Assembly (NCBI GenBank): GCA_020137815.1 | Contig: CM035354.1 | Span: forward strand, 5,022,001-5,086,000 | Reading direction: 5' to 3' | Source of the DNA: Hormiphora californensis | Taxonomy: Eukaryota > Animalia > Ctenophora | DNA: 64,000 bases | Shown: positions 33,920 through 45,552 of the stretch, one piece after another | Numbering within the stretch: position 1 is the first letter of the stretch | Layout: each line of letters starts with the position of its first letter | Program-made: the position numbers and the translations under genes | Notes under the pieces: generated by a model | The model's input: the letters and a program-made list of their open reading frames with translations, nothing else | Told to the model about the DNA's origin: nothing | Database searches by the model: none

Positions 33920-35750
33920 TTAGTCCTGATACCGTGCAAGTTTCTCTCTTAGTTCCTCAACTTCAGCTGTTAACTCGCTCACTTGAGTGCTCAACTCGAT
34001 CACCAAACCAGAGGTGTGAAAGGATGAGGGCTGCTCAAATTGTTTGTCGGATTCTGTAAAAAGATAGTCAAATAGGTGAAAATTAAAACATGAAAATCCT
34101 GCACTCTTTTCGGGTCAATGTGGGGTCAATTGATTGTTACCTCTGGTTTTGAGTTCGTCCCGAAGCTCAAAGATATCCAAGTTCAGGGCAGCTACCTCCT
34201 CAGCGTGCTTCGTCTTGAGCTTGTGAACACGTCTCTTGTGATCGGTTTCCTGTGAATACAATTTGTGTATAAAAGTTGCGTGTGTACATTGTACATTCGC
34301 GCGGCTCAAAATTCCGATGCTGAAATTCAACTTTCCATAGGAGCTCCAAGTTGTATCCATAGCAACCAAACCTTGGCGCGCGCGTGCTCACAAAGTGCAC
34401 GCTTTTGAATTTGTTGTGACGCAGGACGCTACTACACTCTTGGAAGAAGATTCGTCATGTTCATTGTTGTTCGGTACGGGAACAACCAAGAACTCCTCTT
34501 CAATCCACTCTGTAGGATTGCAAATCTCTTATCTGACATTAAACAACGATGTGAACTGACCCAGCCCATAGAGCATCTGGATTTGTGCGATGAAAATGGT
34601 GTGGCGAAGGAGCTACCAGTTCATTTCCAAGCATATGGATCAAGATTTCTAGACGCCCCTGGAACATATGTAGTTGTAGAAAGGAGGAAGGTGGCAGTTG
34701 AGATACCTCCTGACCAACAGACACCAGAGGGAGAGGAGACGAGAACTGAGATAATATTTACCTCACTTCTACATGATGCCTCTAAACACATTCCCGGGTT
34801 TATTCCCCATGTTGCTGTGATTAAGGCACAAAACCCGAAGGAGGGCAAGAAAGGACGAAAAGGAAAGGAAATGATGTCGGTTCCAAGCCCGACTTCGCTC
34901 AAATCAGTCAGTATGATTAAGGCGAATAAAGCAGCAAGGTCAAAGGGACGAAAATGAAAAATAATAACCTGTTTTTGAAGCTTTCCGGTCAAATTAGTTG
35001 CTTCCATTCGTAAACCAATAAATTCCTGGGAGTGAGAATGTGTTAATGGTATCACAAAAGGCTACTACCTGTATGGTGCGCTCAGATGGGGTCGCGGCGC
35101 CAGACAGGCTACTACAGGTTTACTGTGAGAGAAAGTAGGATATTACTATACTAACCTCCATAGAGACAGGTGGGGTTGTTGGTCTCACTGGTACAGGTTC
35201 TGTCCAACCCAGCTTCCTCAGCTCCTTCTTTAGTCGCGTTATCTGATCTTCAGGGGACAGATCTCGACTGATGTTGATCTAAATAGTGGGTGGGTTAGTT
35301 AGCTCTAAAGATAAGACTCTTTCTTTCTATCTCAAGAGAAAAACATGGTACGAACACGGAACAAGTTATGGATTTGAGGTGGCCATGGTTCATGTACCCT
35401 ATTTGAGATGTAATCTTTTAGCATTTCCCTCTGTTCCCCCAGCTCCTTCTCCCTCTCAGCCAATTGCTTCTTGACATCGTATAATTCCTCTCTTATATCC
35501 ACAACGGCCCTAAAAACAGATGGTCTGTCATTCTGTTATATTGGCATTTTGAGTCTCTAAAATATTGACAGGCACGTAGCTCAGTTCATTCTATCAAGTA
35601 TTGGTTGTCTTACTGTGAGCTCTGTGGTTTGCTGCTCTCCGCTTTGTTGTTCTGCACGTGGTACTCAGGGGCTATGTTGATGTTGGTGATCGAGGATCTC
35701 CGTTTTAAAAACTCTCCGACTGATTTCATTTTAAATGACAGTGTCTCCAT
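33920..35750 (-). CDS. CCDC192-like coiled-coil protein (5 exons)
   Basis: Phase-consistent exons 35750-35614, 35509-35398, 35278-35156, 34249-34141, 34053-33920; C-terminal LVIELSTQVSELTAEVEEL resembles CCDC192 (recalled). Confidence 0.65.
34353..34366. promoter_or_regulatory. RFX X-box upstream of the nested CXorf65-like gene
   Basis: GTATCCATAGCAAC fits the RTHNYYWTRRNRAC X-box consensus; ~90 bp upstream of ATG 34457 in a CpG-rich patch. Confidence 0.65.
34457..34957 (+). CDS. CXorf65/C22orf15-family protein, intronless, nested antisense in the CCDC192-like intron
   Basis: MFIVVRYGNNQELLFNPLC...LDLCDENG...Y.SRFL....TYVVV matches the family N-terminal pattern; basic tail. Confidence 0.8.
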   Translation: MFIVVRYGNNQELLFNPLCRIANLLSDIKQRCELTQPIEHLDLCDENGVAKELPVHFQAYGSRFLDAPGTYVVVERRKVAVEIPPDQQTPEGEETRTEIIFTSLLHDASKHIPGFIPHVAVIKAQNPKEGKKGRKGKEMMSVPSPTSLKSVSMIKANKAARSKGRK

Positions 35751-35912
35751 CAGACAGACCTAACATCGCATTTGTTGCTCCATAGCTAAAGATGTAGAAC
35801 GTTGTAGAGAAGTGGGTTTTGAAATGATATACTAGAATGTTTCAAGGTTTTCTAAAAAGAAACACAATTAAAATTACAGTCCAAACAAAATAAAGTCCTT
35901 TTCTTTAGTTTT

Positions 35913-36619
35913 CTAGTTTTCTATCGCGTTGAGTTGCTGGAGTGTGGCTCCGTGAAGAGATGACTGTGAACCATCGCCAACATCTAGATTCCTCATTTTA
36001 CGGTACCTGAATTAAGGATATATTCATTAATTGACCCGTTAATTGGCTAAAATTGAATTGTTTTAATTGGCCCGCTTTAAGTTATTGGCTAAGTTGGTTC
36101 GGTTTTCGGGTGTTCGGACTTACTCGTAGAAGCAGGGAAGGCTGCATGATCGGAGAGAGAGGGGAAGGTTCCTGACACCAAATGTTCTATCCATAACACT
36201 TCGAACAAGAATTAGACCCTGACCTACCAAGACACCTCCGCAGCAGTCACACGAACTGATACTCCTAAAATGGGACTCATATGACCGGGCTCATTGTTTT
36301 GAATTGTTCATTTTGCATATAATAGGACACAAAATGTAAACAAATTAATCAATATTGAAACTTTCAGAACAAATAAGTAACTTTGAGGACTAAATGGGTA
36401 CCTGTCCATCCACTGAGAGAGTTCATCTGAACAGTATGGATGGTATTGGACCTCGTTATCTGTTATAACTTTAGCGCACATATCTTTCAGACTCTAGAAA
36501 GGTAAGAGTTAGTAACTACTAAGAGGAGTGGTACAAACAAGATTGTTGTTGGAATAGTGATCATGTTAATGAAGCGGGAGATTGTTGAAAAGATAGATAG
36601 AGAGAGAGAGGGAGAGAGA

Positions 36620-36681
<62 letters not shown>

Positions 36682-39600
36682 AAACCTATGAAAACCTATG
36701 AAGAACGGTTTAGCGCTTAAGCGCTAGGTCTTACCTTTGTAGATAAGCCTGTACTTAACCAGCTGCTCACACTGTTGTTATTAGGACAACAATAGCCCTT
36801 GACAGGAGGTTTGTCGGGTATACCAGCCAGGAAGGAGTCAAGGGCGCTTTTAGCGCCGGCAAGGGATTCTTGTGTCTTCATATGGGCAGGCATAGCGTTG
36901 AAAAGTGCTATCGCAGATGATGTAAAGGAGTTATATATCATCGTGTTGACACTCTTCAAGGTGGCCTTTCCCAGTGGACGTTCTGCACTTGGCCCATGTC
37001 TTGGGGAGTTCCGAAATGTTATGTTGCTATGGTTTGGTAGTAGACCTCGCCATATCTTCCACATAGTCAGGATCTTGAATCTGTCACGTCTTCTTTGTAG
37101 GGACCACAGCCCTAGGAATTTGAGACGATCCCAGTAATCAAGATTGTCGCATCCTTCCAGAGTATGAGTAAAGGATCTCTGGATTGCCTCAAGTCTTTCA
37201 ATCTCTCCAATAAGATGGGGAGACCACAGCGATGAGCAATACTCAATGTGGGGTCTTACAAACACCTTGTAAAGTAGGAGCATGTGTTCCGGTTTTCTCG
37301 TGCTAAAGGATCTCAGGATCCATGAGGCCATTTTCTTGGCCTTTTTAACTATATCCGATATGTGCGCCTTCCACGAGAGGGAGCCATCTATCAGGATTCC
37401 TAAGTCTCGCACTTCTCCTGAACTTTCGACTTCAGTCTCAGATTTGAGAGTGTACGGTTTTTTCAGCTCCTTGTTGCTTCCATGATGTAGCAATTGGAAC
37501 TTAGAGGTGTTAAACTCCATACTATTCCTTTTAGCCCAGTCATCAATTCTCTCCATGTCCTCAAGGAGGAGAGCTCTATCATGTTCAGAGGCTATTCTTT
37601 TGTGGACTTTAGCATCGTCAACAAAGAGTTTTATTTTGGAATGTTGGGTGGCACTCGGGATATCATTCATGTAAATGAGGAATAAAAGGGCTGCCAACAC
37701 TGTGCCCTGTGGGACTCCCGAGAGGACATCAGCGGGGGCTGACAGTTTGCCGTTCACGACCACGACTTGAGTCCTATTGGTTAGGAAGCATTTCAACCAT
37801 TTGTGGAGGGTGCCCCCAATGCCACATGACTCCAACTTCTGAAGGAGTTTAGCGTGGTTTACTCGGTCGTATGCCTTGCTTAGATCGAGGTATAACACGT
37901 CCACATTGTACCCTTGTTCGAGGTCATGAAGTATATCGTCGATGTGTTGTACCAATTGGGTGAAGCATGATCTTCCGGTTCTACCACCATGCTGTGCAGT
38001 AGTAAAGAAACCAGAATTCTCCACGAAGTCAGATAATTGGTATCTGACAACTCGTTCGGCTACTTTGGCCAAGTGGGAGGTTAAAGATACCGGCCTATAG
38101 TTAGCCGCTAAAGCTCTACTACCCTTTTTGAACACAGGTACAATCGTCTGTTGTTTGAAAATAGGAGCTATATCACCTGTGTCAACTGACTTTCGCCATA
38201 AGTTCGCCATTACAGGCGAGAGGAGGGAACCAGCCTCCTTTAACACTTTAGCCGGGAACTTGTCAGGACCCGGTGCGGATCCAGGAGGGATGTCTTGTAT
38301 CGCCTTTAAAACCAGATCAGCTGTTATATTGACATCATTGAGTGTCTTTTCTGGAGCAAGTTTTTCCTTGGTCTGCAGTTCTGTCGCAGTCGGTGGGCTG
38401 AACACACTTTTATATTGTTCTTGCAATATGTTAGCCATAACAACTGGGTCTGCTTGTAAAACACCATCTTTGTCTTTGAGGGGACCTATTCCACTGGCAG
38501 AACTCTTTTTTCTATTAGTGTAAGAATAGAATGCTTTGGGATTCGTTTTCATTTTGCTAAGGGCAGTAATTTCCTCTCGTATCCCCTGATTAGCAATGCT
38601 AGATCCCATTTCTAACTCAATATTACTTAACTTGGAGTTTAATTCTTCCAATTTCGTTACGTCATCAGGTCTAAGCTGTTTAACTGCCTTGACTCTTGTA
38701 TTGAGTTGCCTCTTTTTCCTTAAAAGAAGCCTCCTATCTCTGGGGATAAAAGATTTACTCTTAGAGGCTGCGTGCTCTGGAGCATGTCTGGCACACACGT
38801 TTGCCACGATGTCGCTGAAGATGCTCCATGCTAGTTCTTGGGTGGGAGCGGCATTAACCATTTCCCAGTCAGCAACTATCAGGTCATCACGGATTTTGTC
38901 CCAATCGGCCTTGTGAATGTTTATTCGATCAAAGGTAGTCTTGGGTACAAATGCATTGTTCTTAGTTCTCTTGGAGAGCATTCCATTTATTCCAGGGAGT
39001 TCTCCTGGAATGAGAGCACAGGTCACCATATCATGATCTGACAAGGTTGTACCAGAAACTGTTATATCGTGGATCATATTACAGTTGTTCACCATTACAA
39101 GATCAAGTATATTCTTACCTGCACGGGTAGGTTCGGTTACAACTTGTTCCAACATTAGATCTTCCATGAGAGAGAATACCTTTTCGGCTGCTGCTCTCTC
39201 AGATGCTAATACGTTTCTGCCAGGATTTATGGTGTTGTCGTTCCAATTCACAAAAGGGAGATTAAAGTCTCCAGTGATCACAATGGTCGATGTTGGGAAT
39301 TTGCGGCAAAATTTCACCACAGCATCGCAACATTTGTCGAAGTGCTCCGGGGGACAGCACCTATCCCTATCTGAAAAGGAAGGAGGAGGGCGGTATATCC
39401 CTACTACAATGAGGTTGGCAGACTCCATATATACCATTGATGCTTCACAATAAGATGAGCTGAATAAATCATGGTCACCCACTGATAGATCAGCTCGGGT
39501 ATACACGGCGACGCCTCCTTGTTTCCTCAGGACGCGGTCTGCTCTGTAAACCGAATAACCTTCAATTGCTACCTCAGCATCGATGATGAGTGAATTGAGA

Positions 39601-40950
39601 TGTGTCTCGGTCAACACAATGAATGGGGTCCTGCGTTTTGAAGTTTGCACCCATTCGCTAAGTTGGGTGATCTTGTGCTTCTGTGCCGTGAATGATGGGT
39701 TCATACCACGGATGTTCAACAGTAAGCATTCTACCAGGTCTGAACCAGTGGCTGGGACAATGAGTTGCTCGGCCAGGTTACGGTCATTCCTCTTGGTTTG
39801 GGTTCTTCTTTCTGGGGTATTACAGGAATTGGCTGTACTGCTGGCGCAGGGGATGAGAACAACCTCTTCGCCGCGGAGGACAGCTGGTCCATTAAATGCA
39901 GAAAAACCTGCAACTCAGGTGTACCGGGATCCTTCGCAACATCAGGTACCTGTATAATACTTGAGTTGGGGCCCTGTGGGGTTCCGGTATGGGTCTGGAT
40001 TTTATTAGTGGTTCTGGGGGGTGCTATATTCCTAACTGTAACATGTCGGAGCAGGCAAGTGCTCTTCTTTTTACATTTACCTGCGAATTTGCACTGTTTT
40101 GGGTGAAGGTAATTACACTTATCACCTTTTTGACATCCTTTTGCTTCATCACTTCCCCATTTGAAGAATTTACGACAGTGCGGAGGATGGTAAGCAGGAC
40201 ATCCCTTTCCAGATTGGCCATATTTGCACTTCCCAATTTTCAGAAATTTGCATATTGGGGTAGTACGGTCATATTTTCTCCCCCGTTGAGGTAGGAGATT
40301 AAAAGGATGACTTTTATCACTTTGATCATCTTTTACTTCCTCTTTTGTGATGTCATCAGGATTGTCTTTGTTTTTATCTTCGTCAACAGCAGCACTTTCA
40401 TCTTCAGTTGCTGACTCGTCAGCAGGTGGTGGAGCTGGAGTCTTGTATCCAGAACAGTACGAACAAAGATACAATAATCCTATCTTCGGGTTGACGTTAG
40501 GGAAGCATTCTTGGTGACCGGGAGCCAAACATTCATAGCATACTGGGCCGGTACCAGTCAAGTTGAGCTCTGATGGGCTCTCGGTATCACATTTAGGGCA
40601 AGGGGAGCCTAGTTTTACACTGAAAAATGACTTAACAAGATTAGACATCGCCTCCCTTTTTGATATACCTGATACATAGAGACGGCGCCGATTGAGACAA
40701 GATTCATGGAGGAACTTGTTTATTGTCTCAATCACCGCAGTGTAGTCCTTCAGGCTGAAGGAAGCATTCTCGGTACCATTTGCTATAGCGTCAAGTAATT
40801 CTTTACCCTTTGAATTTGCTTGAATTGATTCATGGGCTTTTACTCTTCCTATTAAGCTCTTCTGAGTGTAACAGGAGAGATCAGGAGGCATGATTCGTAC
40901 GTGTGCAGTGTGCAAGTAACGAGACGAACAACCAAAGCAAATTAACTTCC

Positions 40951-41001
<51 letters not shown>

Positions 41002-41171
41002 CCTTACCAGCGGTCCCTTACTGCTGTACTCGCTCCAAAACGATTGCGATGTGAAGTTGTTCTTTATACCTGGGGGACGGGGAGAGAATTAATCAGACTG
41101 ATTGGGATCAGTATTATAATGATGTTCGCAGATCTACCTAGCTCACCTCTCTTTCTCTCTGCACTCTCTCT

Positions 41172-41218
<47 letters not shown>

Positions 41219-43296
41219 CTTTTTCTCTCTAAAAACTCACGGATTGATTGTAGCTTGCTGAGGGTCATGATAGGGAAAGGAAGGGATGATAGTTGGTTTC
41301 CATCCAGATTTAGCGATGTCATGGTGACAAGGTTAGAGACTGTGCTTGGTAGTTTAGTTAGGTGGTTGTAGGACAGGTTTAGCTCTTCAATGGCTGGTAG
41401 AGTGAAAAACCTGAAGATATAATAGGGGTTAAGCATATCTGAAGTTCTAATTCCTTTCTTTTTCTTGTCCTAAATGTGCCAATTTCTGACCAACTTATTA
41501 TAAAAAACTTACCCGTCAGGTATGTGATGTATTAGACAGAATGACAGGTTTAGTTCCGCTAGTCGTGGTAGACCGGTCATGTCTGAAAAAATCACGGTTT
41601 AGTAATCGGGTTAGAAATTAGCGGTACTGTATGAAAATTTGGGTAAGAGATCAAAAATTAAAGACAAAATAACATATTTCAAAACCTGTAGGTAGCTGCA
41701 TGATAGGGTTGTTCCTGAGCGAGAGGATGATAAGATTTGGTAGGTGTAGAGCCTGGGTTGGGATGGTTCGGAGGTTGTTAAAGGAAAGGTTCAGTTCCAC
41801 AAGAGTGAGGGATAGGGGCGTGATATCTGGCATCGTAGCAATGAAATGGGCCTGAAAATGGGGCAGTGTGATACAGATAGAAAGACAAATATTATCTTCC
41901 CTCGTCGGGAAAAAAGACGTATATCGAGGTCCGGTCTATCTGTTTTAGTCGGCCTGTTCTAAAACAGTTTCCCACATACCCTCAAGCTGAGTTTCCTAGC
42001 ACCCTCCTTCAAGGCATTGAAAATAGCAGCCTTGGACACGGTCAACATCTGTTCTTCAGGGATAAAGAAAGGAGAGTTAGATCGTGCCTCTCCCTGGAAG
42101 AATTTAGATAGCCCTCCACAGAAGACAGATTTGCTGTAAGGGTACATCATGTCTACTGGGGTGTCCATTTCTTGAGCACTCGACCTGGGATATAGTTTTG
42201 TTATTTTCTAACTCTCCTTTACAATAAGACAAGGATAGTTAGCATGTTAACATGCAACACAATCAACATGTATCCACTGAACTATTACATTGTGATGAAA
42301 AGTCTTTACAATATTTCTAACTGCATACTTACAATGCTATGCTCTGATCACTACCCTCTGTCGTGTCTACCAGGGCTTCCCTGATGACTGCCCTCATCTC
42401 AATCAGCTTCTGTCTGTTAGGCACCCTCTGTCCAGTCGCCTCGGGAATACACACCTCTAAAAGACATGTGAATTAGTGAAAATATGTATAAACTCCCTGA
42501 CTAAGTTAATTGTCAGTTGTCTCAACACGTACCGTCAATAACATCTTGGACATGTAATAGCGGCTGAATTGGCGGCATCTTAGTTAACCCACTGGGTGTT
42601 GAGTGGAATGTGTTGAAGTTCTCTCTACTCTTTAGTGGTGCAACTAGATCTGTCTCCATTGTCTGGCATCTGGGAGGGGGGCAGAGTTAAATCGATCAAC
42701 CTTTTTTGCAAGAGGGTACATCTACCTAGCTAAGTTACTAACATTCCTCACTACCAGTACAACCATTGTTTCTGTATTTCTCTTTATAGGTGGATTCACT
42801 TACGCCATTGCCTCCTGAACGAAGTCATTCAGTGTAAATAGAGGCCTGGGTTTAGGTGCAACAGTTGCCAAGTCAAGAAGATTCACCATTTGAGGTTCCG
42901 CATTTACAGTGCTTGGTTTCAGAGCTTTAATCTCCTGACCCAGTTCTGGGGAGTTTCGGGGGACATTCTCCAAACCTGAAAGATCAAAACGTCTAACAAT
43001 CTGATAGGGATCAATTTCAAATTTTCAGCTGCAATTCAGAGATTCTCTTACCCGGTAAAATGCTGGATCTTGATTGTTGCTGGCTCACATTCGATGATGG
43101 TTTCTTGGGGATCCGTAGAGTCTCAGAATCAAGGCCTGAAGCAATAAAATATTTTCAAATGCCATTAATTGCCAATGATATTAATTATCCATGATTTGAG
43201 ATCAGATTTTGTTTGTTCCATACCTGTAAATGTCTGGAGCGGGCCAGTGCTCTCCTGCACTACCTTTGGTTTACGAAGTAAAAGAAATTCAGCCAT
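35913..43296 (-). CDS. LRRC63: Leucine-rich repeat protein, LRRC63-like (multi-exon)
   Basis: Starts MAEFLLLRKPK (ATG 43296); LRR exons at ~41.2-42.2 kb (LxELNLSxN); IKNNFTSQSFW; C-terminal CDCCGG...FGVRNLPL...CSLPCF in exon 36264-36124; stop at 35915-35913. Confidence 0.75.
36717..39719 (-). CDS. LINE ORF2: apurinic endonuclease plus reverse transcriptase
   Basis: APE motifs LTETHL, GDFN, LDL, SDH; RT motifs YRPVSL, DLSKAYD, GVPQG, LFVDD, DLG; C-terminal PHIEYCSSLWSP. The frame is open upstream to 39914. Confidence 0.97.
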   Translation of the reverse strand: MNIRGMNPSFTAQKHKITQLSEWVQTSKRRTPFIVLTETHLNSLIIDAEVAIEGYSVYRADRVLRKQGGVAVYTRADLSVGDHDLFSSSYCEASMVYMESANLIVVGIYRPPPSFSDRDRCCPPEHFDKCCDAVVKFCRKFPTSTIVITGDFNLPFVNWNDNTINPGRNVLASERAAAEKVFSLMEDLMLEQVVTEPTRAGKNILDLVMVNNCNMIHDITVSGTTLSDHDMVTCALIPGELPGINGMLSKRTKNNAFVPKTTFDRINIHKADWDKIRDDLIVADWEMVNAAPTQELAWSIFSDIVANVCARHAPEHAASKSKSFIPRDRRLLLRKKRQLNTRVKAVKQLRPDDVTKLEELNSKLSNIELEMGSSIANQGIREEITALSKMKTNPKAFYSYTNRKKSSASGIGPLKDKDGVLQADPVVMANILQEQYKSVFSPPTATELQTKEKLAPEKTLNDVNITADLVLKAIQDIPPGSAPGPDKFPAKVLKEAGSLLSPVMANLWRKSVDTGDIAPIFKQQTIVPVFKKGSRALAANYRPVSLTSHLAKVAERVVRYQLSDFVENSGFFTTAQHGGRTGRSCFTQLVQHIDDILHDLEQGYNVDVLYLDLSKAYDRVNHAKLLQKLESCGIGGTLHKWLKCFLTNRTQVVVVNGKLSAPADVLSGVPQGTVLAALLFLIYMNDIPSATQHSKIKLFVDDAKVHKRIASEHDRALLLEDMERIDDWAKRNSMEFNTSKFQLLHHGSNKELKKPYTLKSETEVESSGEVRDLGILIDGSLSWKAHISDIVKKAKKMASWILRSFSTRKPEHMLLLYKVFVRPHIEYCSSLWSPHLIGEIERLEAIQRSFTHTLEGCDNLDYWDRLKFLGLWSLQRRRDRFKILTMWKIWRGLLPNHSNITFRNSPRHGPSAERPLGKATLKSVNTMIYNSFTSSAIALFNAMPAHMKTQESLAGAKSALDSFLAGIPDKPPVKGYCCPNNNSVSSWLSTGLSTKVRPSA
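39731..40891 (-). CDS. LINE ORF1 with PHD-like and CCCH zinc fingers
   Basis: CPKC...CYEC...HQEC...CSYC, then three C-x(5-12)-C-x5-C-x3-H motifs; first ATG at 40891. Confidence 0.9.
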   Translation of the reverse strand: MPPDLSCYTQKSLIGRVKAHESIQANSKGKELLDAIANGTENASFSLKDYTAVIETINKFLHESCLNRRRLYVSGISKREAMSNLVKSFFSVKLGSPCPKCDTESPSELNLTGTGPVCYECLAPGHQECFPNVNPKIGLLYLCSYCSGYKTPAPPPADESATEDESAAVDEDKNKDNPDDITKEEVKDDQSDKSHPFNLLPQRGRKYDRTTPICKFLKIGKCKYGQSGKGCPAYHPPHCRKFFKWGSDEAKGCQKGDKCNYLHPKQCKFAGKCKKKSTCLLRHVTVRNIAPPRTTNKIQTHTGTPQGPNSSIIQVPDVAKDPGTPELQVFLHLMDQLSSAAKRLFSSPAPAVQPIPVIPQKEEPKPRGMTVTWPSNSLSQPLVQTW

Positions 43297-44204
43297 GACA
43301 TAACTACATCCCTAAATTGTTGAATGTTTTAACAGATGATAGCGCATTACAGTTTCATCGAACCGACAGTAGTCTCTAGTCTCAATCCCTCCATCTAGAT
43401 CACTTTACCATAATTACGATTAGTCGAATAATGCAAGAATCAAGAAACTACGAAACTTTTAGACTCTGAATATAGCTTCAACTCCTTAGGGCTCTTAGGC
43501 CTATCGGAATCATTGGACCGTGCGAACCACCATCCGGGTATTTCACGTTTCAATTTATATCCCGGATCCCCGCTCGACTCACGACTGACCAGTGACCAGT
43601 GTCCAGTGATCACTGCACGGGCATCGTCAAAGATTGCCATCATTGACAAACCGAGCACATGTAACGGATGGACTGTACCTTAAACCAACCTGCTTTCATA
43701 ACAGGCAGCTATTCGTTAAGGCCAAAACAGCGTAAAAGGCGGTCTTTAAAGCAAAAACTCAAAAGTTCGGCTGAAAACGACTTCCGCGGCCAAGACTTCA
43801 AAACGTAAATTTGTACAACGCACTCGATTTTGCTCCGACGCGCAAATGTAATTTGTGCGCGGCGCAAAAACTTTATTTAAAAAAATCGTATCGAGTTTTG
43901 GAACAAAAATCTGCATTTTTTTCCCTCTTTTTTTTCTGACGTTTTTGTCAGTTTTGAATAATTTATTCTTTTTGTTCCGTCGTTTTGAATTTCCTTTTTT
44001 GATTTCCAAATCCCCGCTCCCTTGCGGCTAGAATCTCATAATGATGCCAAACAGTAGCCAAAGACCATTTCTGCAGCGTGTGCTTTTGTATCGCTTTATT
44101 AAACTCTTTTGGCTTTTCAAATTTCACTTTTGTTATTTGTATCCCGAGTTTTGTAGAATGATTTCTACAATCGTTTGCAATTTAATTCACAAAATGTTTC
44201 GTAG
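43297..44204. promoter_or_regulatory. Probable bidirectional promoter between LRRC63 and NPRL2
   Basis: Divergent starts ~0.9 kb apart; CpG-rich patch ~43500-43870 followed by a T-rich leader. Confidence 0.55.
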
Positions 44205-45434
44205 ATGGTTAAAAGCTCAGTTCCATCGTTAAACAATGGCATTGAGGCAATTATTTTCGTTGTTTTCGACAACCGAGTTGGCGCTAAAATTTCCTACCAA
44301 GTCCCGGAGAACTTTTTCGACGATCGAACATTCAAGTCCCTTGAAACATACTTTATTGCAAGGACGCCACAACTTCATGATCGCCTAATTGTGACAGAGT
44401 TAGAAGACTTCAAGACTATTGGGATCCCTGTTAAAATCGGGCACTCTGGTGCAAGTGGTGCAGGTCGTCAGGTTACTATCTTGAACATAGTCATTGTCAC
44501 CAAGCTCTCTGCTAATACCTCTCCGTACGAAAAGATACTTAAAAAGCTTATCAGTTATATGAAAATTTTCGAGCAAGAGAACGAGTTTTTGTCATCGGAA
44601 GGAAAAGAAGAACGAATTGGAGAAATCATTGACCGAATGTACCATGGTATTAATGAGTATGGACATTGTACAGTGAACTGTAGTGTAAACGTTCAAGACA
44701 AACTAAACGTTATCAAACTGTCTTATGTGGATATGAGTGATGGAGACCAGAGTATACCTCCCATAGGGGACAGTGATGTTCCTATAGTTACCGGTGACCT
44801 CCAGGACTCTACAATATGGGACCTCTCACTCCGAGAACTGTACAGTTTCCTAGACAACCAGAAACCGATCCGGTTACTTGCCATGAAGTCCCACATGCAC
44901 GTTGATCAGGTTCGGATGTGTGTCCAGAGTCTGATTTATTATGGTCTTGGTGCTGTGATATCTCCCATTCAATACTCCAACACTTACTACGTCACTGAGG
45001 AGATCAGCAAGGCTATTTATGACAGGAAACTACAGGAGGAGTGTGTTAAGTACGTTGCTATCAATTCCCATGACCCGCCACCGCTGTGGGAGGATCTATT
45101 TAACCTGTATCAGACATTTCAAACTGGTATTCAGCTCAAGAAACTGTTTGTGGTTGAAAAACCGTTCCGTAAGAACATCAATGAGCGGCGGTTGGTTGAG
45201 TTTGGGTTGGTTTATGGGTTACTGAAGAGACTCCACAAGTACCCTATTTATAAAAATCCAGTGGGCAACAAACCCCCTGAGATATTATTACCGTACATCA
45301 ATAGAAACGTTCTGGGTGGTCAACACTCTTTTGATGATATTTGTGTAGCGTTGGATTTCAAATTGGAAAAAGTGCAACACGATTTAGAGTTTAACCGAGA
45401 ATTTATTGTTATAATTCAAAAACTGGGAGTGTGA
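44205..45434 (+). CDS. NPRL2: GATOR1 subunit NPRL2, intronless
   Basis: IIFVVFDNRVGAKISYQVPE, E.EN.FLS, WDL, QYSNTY, INERRLVEFGL..GL..RLHKYP, SFDDIC. Confidence 0.93.
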   Translation: MVKSSVPSLNNGIEAIIFVVFDNRVGAKISYQVPENFFDDRTFKSLETYFIARTPQLHDRLIVTELEDFKTIGIPVKIGHSGASGAGRQVTILNIVIVTKLSANTSPYEKILKKLISYMKIFEQENEFLSSEGKEERIGEIIDRMYHGINEYGHCTVNCSVNVQDKLNVIKLSYVDMSDGDQSIPPIGDSDVPIVTGDLQDSTIWDLSLRELYSFLDNQKPIRLLAMKSHMHVDQVRMCVQSLIYYGLGAVISPIQYSNTYYVTEEISKAIYDRKLQEECVKYVAINSHDPPPLWEDLFNLYQTFQTGIQLKKLFVVEKPFRKNINERRLVEFGLVYGLLKRLHKYPIYKNPVGNKPPEILLPYINRNVLGGQHSFDDICVALDFKLEKVQHDLEFNREFIVIIQKLGV

Positions 45435-45552
45435 CATAGATCCAAGATGCGTGTGTTTTTAATTGAGTTTTGTTGCCCCATTGTTTTGTCCTCTGTTTTA
45501 ATTTTTGATGTTTAAACCCCATTTTTAGGGATGTCACAGGAGACAACTCACT

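Larger units (their letters stand above)
36681..40952 (-). mobile_element. Full-length, intact CR1/L2-group LINE inserted in a (TC)n microsatellite in an LRRC63 intron
   Basis: Two intact ORFs, ~60-nt 5' UTR, very short 3' UTR ending in (CATAGGTTTT)2; (GA)n on both flanks. Confidence 0.92.

Noticed and set aside
36799-40294. + strand ORFs overlapping the LINE
   Set aside because: Antisense shadows of the long - strand ORFs.
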